DNA of 35,347 bases. Source: Lama guanicoe. Its lineage: Eukaryota. Position 1 is the first letter of the stretch. Every line of letters starts with the position of its first letter. The stretch is from positions 3,039,104 to 3,074,450 of the forward strand of contig MU054098.1 of NCBI GenBank assembly GCA_013239625.1, written 5' to 3'. The position numbers were made by a program, and so were the translations under genes. Positions 26,499 through 34,350 of this stretch are shown here, in pieces. Below the pieces are notes generated by a model. The model saw nothing but the letters and a program-made list of their open reading frames with translations. It was not told where the DNA came from and searched no databases.

Positions 26499-26682
26499 AG
26501 ATAAACAAGATTACACTGCATAGCACAGGGAAATATACACAAGATCTTATGGTAGCTTACAGAGAAAAAATGTGACAATGAATATATACATGTTCATGTA
26601 TAACTGAAAAATTGTGCTCTACACTGGAATTTGACACAACATTGTAAAATGATTATAAATCAATAAAAATGTTAAAAAACCC
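26499..26682 (+). mobile_element. Short L1 3' end inserted into L1, 13-bp TSD
   Basis: TSD catatatatggat at 26486-26498 and 26683-26695; sequence closely matches the 3' end at 23025-23210. Confidence 0.92.
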
Positions 26683-26741
26683 CATATATATGGATCAATG
26701 GAACAGAATAGAGAGCCTAGAAATAAACCCACAAACTTTTA

Positions 26742-27132
26742 TTTTATTTTTTATTTTTTTAGTTAAAAAATTTTATTGAAGTATAGTTGACTTACAGTGT
26801 TAGTTTCAGGTATACAGCAAAGTGATTCAGTTATACATATATTTACATATATATTTTCTTTTCAGATTCTTTCCCATTATATGTTTTATTTAAACAATTT
26901 TTTATTGAGTTATAATCAACAGAAAAAGAAAGTAAAGAAACAATCCCCTTTAAAATAGCACCCAAAGTAATAAAATATCTGGGAATAAATCTAACCAAGG
27001 AGGTATTCATTGTCGTATTTTTTTCTCTCTGAGCTACCATAAAGGGACAGACTGGGATTTCAAAGTGTAGAATAGATGGACAAGATTATACTGTATAGCA
27101 CAGGGAAATATATACAAGATCTTATGGTAGCT
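26742..27132 (-). mobile_element. Composite/inverted L1 insertion, 12-bp TSD
   Basis: TSD cacaaactttta at 26730-26741 and 27133-27144; contains five L1 pieces in mixed orientation. Confidence 0.85.
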
Positions 27133-29209
27133 CACAAACTTTTAGTAAATTAATCTTTGACAAAGCAGGCAAGAACATACAATGGAGTAAAGGCAGTCTC
27201 TTCAGCAAATGGTGTTGGGAAAACTGTACAGTTCCATGTAAACCAGTGAGGTTAGAATACTCCCTCACACCATACACAAAAATAAAGTCAAAATGGCTTA
27301 AAGACTTAGACATATGGCAAGACACTATAAACTTCTTAGAGGAAAACATAGGCAAAACATTATCTGACATAAATCTTAGCAATGTACCCCTAGGGCGATC
27401 TACCCAGGCAATAGAAATAAAAGCAAAAATAAGCAAGTGGGACCTAATTAAACTTATAAGCTTTTGCACAGCAAAGGAAACCATAAGCAAAACAAAAAGA
27501 CAGCCTATGGAAACGGAGAAAACATTTGCAAAAGATGACACTGACAAGGACTTAATTTCCAGAATATATAAACAGCTCATATAACTTAATAATGAAAAAA
27601 TAAACAACCCAATTCAAAAATGGGCAGAAGACCTAAACAAGCAATTCTCCAATGAAGACATACAAATGGCCAATACACACATGAAAAAATGTTCAATATC
27701 ACTAATTATCAGAGAAATGCAAATCAAAACTACTATGAGGTATCATCTCACACCAGTCAGAATGGTCATCATTAAAAAGTCCACAAAGCATAAATGCTGG
27801 AGAGGGTGTGAAGAAAAGGGAACCCTCCTACAATGCTGATGGGAATGTTGGAAGACATTATGGAAAACAGTATGGAGATTCCTCAAAAGACTAAAAGTAC
27901 ACTTACCATATGATTCAGCAAACCCACTCCTGGGTGTATATCCCAGGAGGGAACTCTATTTGAAAAGATACATGCACCCCAGTGTTCACAGCAGCACTAT
28001 TTACAATAGTCAAGAAATGAAAACAGCCTAAATGTCCATAGACAGATGACTAGATAAAGAAGCTGTGTTATATTTATACAATAGAATACTACTCAGCCAT
28101 AAAAAATAATAAAGTAATGCCATTTGCAGCAACATGGATGAACTTGGGAAATGTCATTCTAAATGAAGTAAGCCAGAAAGAGAAAGAAAAACACCACATG
28201 ATATCACTTATTTGTGGCATCTAAAAAAAAAAGGAAAAAAAGGACACTATGAACTCATCTACAAAACAGAAACAGACTCACAGACATAGTAAACAATCTT
28301 ATGGTTACTGGGGAAAGGGGGTGGGAAGGGATAGATTTGGGAGTTTGAGATTTGCAAATGTTAGCCACTAAATGTAAAAATATCTGCTAGATTAGGTCTG
28401 ATAGCAGGACCCAGTGATCTCCAGAATCTCACTCTAGATTCTGGTCCATCAGACATGGTAATAGCCTATAGAATGTGACTCTACCAGGAGCTCCTAGTAA
28501 CCATGCTTCTTTGGACTAACCAGCTCAAATGGAAACATTTTAGGATAAAAGGAAATGCAGCATGAACTACCTCAATCTTTTTTGGGAATTAATTCAAATG
28601 GAAATGCTTAAGCAAGTATTCTCCTTAATCAAACTCCAAGAGCATGCGATTGTAGATATCAAGGGCAGTTTCTGGTTGTCCTCCTCTTTCAATTCCTTCT
28701 GTGACCTGAAACCTGCCCAACAGAACTCTGAGGATATGTTCATTTGTAGGCAAGACAGAGAGAAATCAATTGCAATTAAAATGACAGGATTTTGGGGACC
28801 CTTGATAGAAGATGATCATGAGAAATATGGGGAAACTTAGTGGTTCTAAATCAGGAAATCTGGATATTCAGACCGGTTTCTGGTCGAGAACTTTTTAGCA
28901 TTTACTCGCTTGATTTATTCTCCTCTCTGTCAGTCTGTGTGTCTATGTCTCTATATGCAGGGACCCAGGAGTAGGGGTGGGGAGGATGTATATAATAATC
29001 AGAATCTTAGGGCCACTTAGAGTGAAAAATCTATCCAGGATCACAGATATCCACTACATGCTAAAGGTTACCCAGATAGGGTAAGTCAAATTGAAAATGA
29101 TTCCAGAGTATATCACTGTGGCCAAAGGAAACTAGGACTTAGTAATACAGACATTCCATGTGTGTGGTATCCAGCAGCATCCCAAGAAGCACGTGTCATA
29201 TGGCACTAG

Positions 29210-29530
29210 TTGTAAGTTTGTGAAGGCTGTTCATTCCCGGACACTTCTCTGATGGATAAGATTGCCCCTTCTTTTTGACTCTGGTAGGCCTGGAATTGCT
29301 TTGACTGATGGAGTATGGAAGAAATGATGTTATGCTCATTACAGAGCTAATCTCTAAGAGGGCTCTTAGTTTCTGCCTTGCTGCTTGAGAGTTCTGAGCT
29401 GACAAGTAAAAAAATAAACCTGCTGGACACTCCCATGGAGAGATACCTCCAGGGCACTAGCACTAGTGTCAGGTGTCTCTTACACTGCAGAGTAGATTAG
29501 GCAATAGCTGAGTACCGTTGGGTGACCCTA
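29210..29530 (+). mobile_element. MLT1-type MaLR LTR relic
   Basis: gactctggtaggcctggaattgctttgactgatggagtatggaagaaatgatgttatgc...tttctgccttgct. Confidence 0.65.
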
Positions 29531-30015
29531 GCTTGGTTTATACTTTAAGAGTAAGTTACGCTTCTATTTTGGGCAGTAAATGGAAGGGAAAATGAAAACC
29601 TTCCATTCAAAGCATGAGAAATGTCTTGACAAAATTATTTATATACATTATTTAAAATGTTCAACTTTATGTGAATAGTGACAGAAATTAATAGTTCACT
29701 AAGACCTTTAACAATTATAGTTCCTTGAATGATTGCACCCATAATAAAAACACTAGACTTTCCTTACGGGAAAGGAAGATGCCAAAAAAAATTCTATTCC
29801 ACAGCCTGATTTTGAGTGGGGAGATCTCCTTGAGAATTTGTAATCACAAGAGAGCCCTTTGGTAGCTTTTGGGTTCATATTAGCATTATCATCATGGCCC
29901 AAACAATTCCTTGTTGCATTTATTTCCCCACAAATCTAACATTGTATTGTGTTTACTATTAACAAAAATAGTTTTTTTCTTTATGATTAGAACTATTTTA
30001 TTAACAGTAGTATTA

Positions 30016-30592
30016 GCGGCTCTTTAAAGACCTTACAGAAAATGCACTTGGAAGTATGACCATTAAATTTTTAAAATTTTTTTTCGGGGGGGGCAATTAG
30101 CATTACTTATTCACTTATTTTTACAGGAGCTACTGGGTATTGAACCCAGGACCTTGTGTGTGCTAAGCATGCACTCTACCTCGAGCTATACCCTCCCCCA
30201 GTATGACCATTTCGACCATAGCACAATTGCTTCAAAATTTCATAAATCCCTTTGGGCTCACTGGGTGTAATTAATTTTCATGGAAGTGCATAAAATACCT
30301 CTGCTTGTAGAATCATTTATTTTTCAAAGGAATACGTTTCTACTTTTAAAGTATTTCCATTTCATTCATTCTTCTTCTCTCACCCTGGGGGTATCTTAGA
30401 GAATCAGACTAAGCTTTTCTTGAACTGACAGCTCAAGGCTCTCTTCATCAATTAAGTAGATGTGGTAGTCTGAGGGAGCCTGAGGAATTTTAAAAACAAT
30501 TTCAGTTGGGTAAATGTTAAATATTTTTAATATTTCTGTGCAGCTATCCCACTTTTGTAGGGTTCCGTCTGTGGAGAATGCGGTTTTGCCAT
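30016..30592 (-). pseudogene. Possible third, very decayed H3-like copy with degenerate stem-loop
   Basis: Shares ctcactgggtg (30257-30267) and tactttt(a/g)aag with the copy at 32.2 kb. ATG at 30592 (MAKPHSPQTEPYKSG). Minus-strand AAGG-TCTTTAAAGAGCCGC at 30034-30016. Confidence 0.3.
30065..30199 (-). mobile_element. tRNA-derived camelid SINE (Vic-1 type) with 12-bp TSD
   Basis: Minus strand gggggagggtatagctcgaggtagagtgcatgcttagc...gtcctgggttcaatacccag (A and B boxes) plus A-tail; TSD agtatgaccatt at 30053-30064 and 30200-30211. Confidence 0.9.
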
Positions 30593-30968
30593 TCTCTTTC
30601 TTCTGATTCACTGAAGGTTTTGATAAGAATTGCAGGTTAGAGCTGCTCAGTCGTGTCTACGATTTTGAGGCGCCCTCCGCTCACCGAGTCGGACGGCTCC
30701 TCCTCAAGCCACGCCGCGCACTCAGCCGCGAAAGAGCAGCTTCTGGGCGCAAGTCAAACGGCCCCCAGGGGGCCAGTCGTTCTGAGGCGGCACGCACTTG
30801 GGTTGCGGAGGTCAGACCCTCTCAGAGACATCCAAGTGAGTTTTCTTCCGCGTAGGAGAGGTGGGTTTGACCTCTTTGCAAACTTCTCACGCATAACTGG
30901 CAGGCGTAAAGCAGCTGAGGGGAACGGATGACCTTTTCCGACACGACCTTGCAGGTTGCAAAGCTTTT

Positions 30969-31032
30969 CTGGTGGAGGTCATGGAAAGTTTACAGGTCAC
31001 CTGGTGGGGGTCACGGAAAGTTTAAAGGTCAC
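30969..31032 (+). repeat. 32-bp tandem duplication with four (A/G)GGTCA half-sites
   Basis: ctggtggaggtcatggaaagtttacaggtcac / ctggtgggggtcacggaaagtttaaaggtcac (29/32 identical). Confidence 0.9.
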
Positions 31033-31086
31033 CAGATTGCCACTCGGACTGGTTGATGTGCGGCCAAGCCGCGGGGCATCTAAGGA

Positions 31087-31188
31087 CACGTGACATGGCC
31101 TGCCTTAGCGACACGGCTCCCTGCCCCGCATCCTACCCAATCAGATCTGCAGATTGGCCGTGACGTCAGGCAAGGCAGCCTTTATAAG
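31087..31188 (+). promoter_or_regulatory. H2B.W core promoter: E-box, inverted CCAAT pair, CRE, TATA
   Basis: CACGTG 31087-31092, CCAAT 31137-31141, ATTGG 31153-31157, TGACGTCA 31161-31168, TATAA 31183-31187; ATG 64 nt further downstream. Confidence 0.8.
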
Positions 31189-31250
31189 CCGGTCCTCGCA
31201 GCTGCCTCTGCCTTTCCTTCTGAGCTGTGGGGAAGGCGAGACACTCCGAC

Positions 31251-31679
31251 ATGGCTGAGCCGTGGTCTTCCCGCACTTCGGAGGAGATCGTGGACACCGA
31301 GGAGCGCAAAGAAGCCGAGTCCAAGAGCCCAGAGCAGAAGACGCCGAAGCAGGAGACACCCGTGCGCCGCCAACGCCGCCGCCGCCGCCCAGCAGACAGC
31401 TTCGCCAGTTTCGCCACTTACTTCCGCAGGGTGCTGAAGCGGGTGCACACAGGCCTGAGCCTCTCGCGGGAGGCCGTGAGCGTCATGGATTCGTTCGTTA
31501 AGGACATCTTCGAGCGCATCGCCAGCGAGGCCGCGCGCCTGGCCCGCTCCAAAAACCGCGTCACCATCACCTACGAAGACATCCAGAGCTCGGTGTGCCT
31601 GCTGCTGCCTGGGAAGTTCGGCAAGTCTGCCGTGTCCGAGGGCACTAACGCTCTCATCAAGTACATCTTATGCGAATGA
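31251..31679 (+). CDS. H2BW: Histone H2B variant, H2B.W family (H2BFWT/H2BFM-like), 142 aa, intronless
   Basis: gacATGG start; histone fold SFATYFRRVLKRVH...VMDSFVKDIFERIASEAARL...LLLPGK..AVSEGT; MAEP-type acidic N-tail and Arg tract; next to RAB9B, as expected for X-linked H2B.W. Paralog number cannot be assigned. Confidence 0.92.
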   Translation: MAEPWSSRTSEEIVDTEERKEAESKSPEQKTPKQETPVRRQRRRRRPADSFASFATYFRRVLKRVHTGLSLSREAVSVMDSFVKDIFERIASEAARLARSKNRVTITYEDIQSSVCLLLPGKFGKSAVSEGTNALIKYILCE

Positions 31680-31710
31680 GCTGCCTCAGGACCACCTGAG
31701 CATCACAAAC

Positions 31711-31755
31711 CAAAGGCTCTTTTCAGAGCCACTCACTAGGCAGGAAAAGACCTGT
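31711..31755 (+). terminator. Histone 3' stem-loop and U7 snRNP histone downstream element
   Basis: caaaGGCTCT-TTTC-AGAGCCactca (stem-loop 31715-31730); AAAGACCTGT at 31746-31755 vs consensus AAAGAGCTGT. Confidence 0.95.
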
Positions 31756-32194
31756 AGCGCTGACGAGTCCGAGCCACTCTGGTTTGTCGACCAGTGACAC
31801 TCTGACCATCTTTAAAGCGTTTCTTCCCTGAGGGAAACATTATGAACCTTATCAACTCCACTTGAGTGTACGTCTGTAGAGCCATGGGTTCCATGGAAAC
31901 CCGTGCATTTTTCTTCACCATACTGCACGTCCTCCCTTCCGAAATGGTCGTTTCTATTAGTTATATTTCTAGGTCAGCCTTTTTAGGGATCTTTACTGCC
32001 AAAGTTATCTCCCTAACAACTTAATTTGCCTTTTTATGTTGTCATTCTTCCCCGTGGATGTAGCAGTATCACCCAGGAATTTTAATGTGTGAAATAGGGA
32101 CAGAGAAAAGTTCAGTAGCAGATATAAAAATCAAACTTGCCCATTCACACTCCTTCAACATATTTCAAATCTCAATGCCATTAATATATAAAAT

Positions 32195-32602
32195 ATAGGA
32201 CCCAAACATACCGTAAAAATAGATAAAGCAAATTTTCTAGACTCACTGGGTGACTCAAGCGCCATACCTTTAGAAATTGCTCTTCTACCTAATTTATGAT
32301 CTGATTCTATTTTTTTACAGCCTGTAACTTTTTACTTTTGAAGCAAAAGTCTTCACTGAACTGCAACTTTGCGCGGATGCTAGAAGCGTCTGATGAGACC
32401 AGCTGCAACCACAATCTCCACTAGCAGCAGCCAGTGAGGGACTCGCACACTTTGGGGGCACAGCAATTGGCCTAAAGTGTGGTGGGGTGACCAGGGCCGA
32501 TCCTATAAGAGGCTTCCTGTGATACTCAGCCTGCAGATTCATGGGGAAAGAGGTGTGATAGTGTCCCTGAAGGTTTTCCTTCAACGACTTGCTTTTAACC
32601 AT
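32195..32602 (-). pseudogene. Decayed histone H3-derived pseudogene (copy A)
   Basis: gccATGG start. MVKSK..G..L.....RK.......V..PHFRP..V aligns with H3 MARTK..[21 protein letters not shown]. Shifted frame FSEDFCFKS (32360-32334) ~ FKTDLRFQS; SNF ~ TNL; tga gtc acc (32257-32249) ~ RVT at the collinear position. Confidence 0.6.
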
Positions 32603-32799
32603 GGCGATTTCAGTATAGACCTCCCGATCTGGTAGTGAGACATGTCTCTATCTCCTGGCATCAAAATAAGAGGGGGATGTTGGCCAATTAAGCGAACTAA
32701 GATGCCTCTTTCCTCGACCTCAGGTGATTTCAGTGTTAATGCCTATGATGATATTAATTTAATTTAATATGCATTATGTTTTCTTCTTGGTGCATTGTC

Positions 32800-33020
32800 T
32801 TCTTTTTCTTTCGTTTCTCTGTAGGGATGTTGCTGAATTTCAACGTACTCGGTGATTTTCCAGTTCGTTTCCTTTTAACTTAATTTCTAGCTTCCTGCAT
32901 TTGTGGAGGCAGCACCCACTCTGGGATTTCAATCCTTTGAAACTTACTGTGGGTTTTCATTAGAACTTCATTTTAAAGGGCTCATTTTGCACCATGTAAT
33001 TGCACAACAAGGAAAAGCTG
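32800..33020 (-). mobile_element. Old L1M ORF2 fragment (duplicated copy A)
   Basis: atttctagctt...tgtggag...cactctgggatttcaatcctttgaaactt. Confidence 0.55.
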
Positions 33021-33021
33021 A

Positions 33022-33161
33022 ACAGCACAGGGAGATATTGCCATTATTTTATAGTAACTTTAAACAGAGTGTCATCTATAAAACTGTTGATTCCCTATGT
33101 TGTACATCTGAAACTAATATATAATATTCTCAGAGTTATAATTTAATAAAAGCATTAAAAA
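33022..33161 (+). mobile_element. Short L1 3' end, present only in duplication copy A
   Basis: acagcacagggagatattgccattattttatagtaacttt...tatgttgtacatctgaaactaatata...aataaaa. Confidence 0.8.
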
Positions 33162-33529
33162 TACTTTTCAGAACCCGTTGATTTGGATGTAGGAAGCTGT
33201 GAAGAACATCACTCTCAGTCAAATCATGAGCTAAAACCTAGAGAAACTACAGAAATCCAACTTTTTCTTGAACCCAGATTTAGTGCTTTCTCTAGGTCAG
33301 CATTTATGGCGTTCTGTAAGGTTGAAATTAGCTTTGTATCACTTTCATTTCCCATTTTCTTCTCCTTCTCCCGCGAGTGCACTATGGACAATTTCAGAAG
33401 AATTTTGTGTGTGATATGCACTAGATAGATGAAGCGAAGGAGCAGACACAGCCATCAACTACCCCTGTTATATTTTTCAAAGTATCCCAGTTTAAGCATA
33501 CATTGAACTATACAAATTGGGACTGGTGG

Positions 33530-33926
33530 TCAGTACAGAAATTGCAAAACAGAAGTATTCAGACACATTTGACTTTTCTAAGTCCCTGGTGTTTGAAATT
33601 ACTTTTCAAGTCCTTTCGGAGGTAGCCAGTCAATTCTTCTCAGGCAGACAATCTTTTGATATTTTAAAACACACATTTTTCCTGACCGGCAATTTTAGAT
33701 CCATTGAAGAGTGTCCAGTGAGAGCAGCTCAAGCTCCTGGCTCCGCTGTTCCAGACAATGGGGGACTGGCAGCCTGTGAGCCACAGTCATTGGCTCAAAG
33801 TGTGGTCCAATGAGCAGAGCTGAACACATCACACCCTTTCTATAAAAATCAGCCTAGGGATTAAAGTGGTGGGGGATCTGTGGCAATTTGCCTGTTCTTT
33901 TTGGTTCCTTACTTAGATTGAACCCT
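33530..33926 (-). pseudogene. Decayed histone H3-derived pseudogene (copy B)
   Basis: Start mutated to AGG. (M)VQSK*GTKK ~ MARTKQTARK; PHFEPMTVAHR (33805-33773) ~ [12 protein letters not shown]; ELL (33730-33722); LQWI ~ FQRL; KIA ~ EIA; YL (33624-33619); SNF ~ TNL. Confidence 0.65.
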
Positions 33927-34129
33927 GGGGATTTCAGGACGTGAATCCAGGCAGATCCTGTGTTCAGCGTTGGTATCAATTTAGAGCAGGATTAGGAGCA
34001 ACATCAGAAGAAATATGTCCCCTTTGCCCTCCAGTGGTTTGAATGTTCATACTCATGTTTGGATGCATCTATTTCTTTTCCATCGTTTTTTCTTCATGGC
34101 CCATGAAGATTCCTTTTCCATTTTCATTG

Positions 34130-34350
34130 GTGTCATTTTTCTATAAATGTATTGCTGAATTTCAAAGAAGTTGCCGGTTTTCTATTACTTTTCTTCTTAG
34201 ACAGATTTCTAGCTTGCAGAATCTGTGGAGAGAGAACACACTGTGGGATTTCAGTCCTCTGCAATGTATCATGGTTTGCCCTAAAGCCCAGTATTTCATC
34301 GTGATGGTTAAGTGTTTCATGTGGGCATTGAAAATGACATGTAGTTATAA
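34130..34350 (-). mobile_element. Old L1M ORF2 fragment (duplicated copy B)
   Basis: atttctagctt...tgtggagagagaacacactgtgggatttcagtcct...gtttcatgtgggcattgaaaatgacatgta. Confidence 0.65.

Larger units (their letters stand above)
25891..28382 (+). mobile_element. Camelid L1 (ORF2 RT to 3'UTR) hosting two nested insertions
   Basis: Starts near the YADDMILY RT motif; ORF2 is collinear once 26499-26682 and 26742-27132 are removed; ends in the 3'UTR without a clear poly(A). Confidence 0.92.
30650..31690. promoter_or_regulatory. CpG-rich island covering the H2B.W upstream region and gene body
   Basis: High CpG density relative to the AT-rich flanks. Confidence 0.75.

Noticed and set aside
30125..30199. 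tRNA gene
   Set aside because: Has an A-rich tail, TSDs and an incomplete cloverleaf: a SINE.
30653..30960. H2A pseudogene divergent from H2B.W
   Set aside because: Inspected the reverse complement; no convincing H2A motif (AGLQFPVGR, LEYLTAEILELAGN) found.
31227..31250. GTG-initiated 8-aa extension of H2B.W
   Set aside because: ATG 31251 has a strong Kozak context and gives the family-typical MAEP start.
33789..33848. Apparent plus-strand promoter ATTGG-CCAAT-TATAAAA
   Set aside because: Lies inside H3-like copy B; copy A lacks the CCAAT and TATAAAA at the aligned positions and no gene follows, so probably chance.
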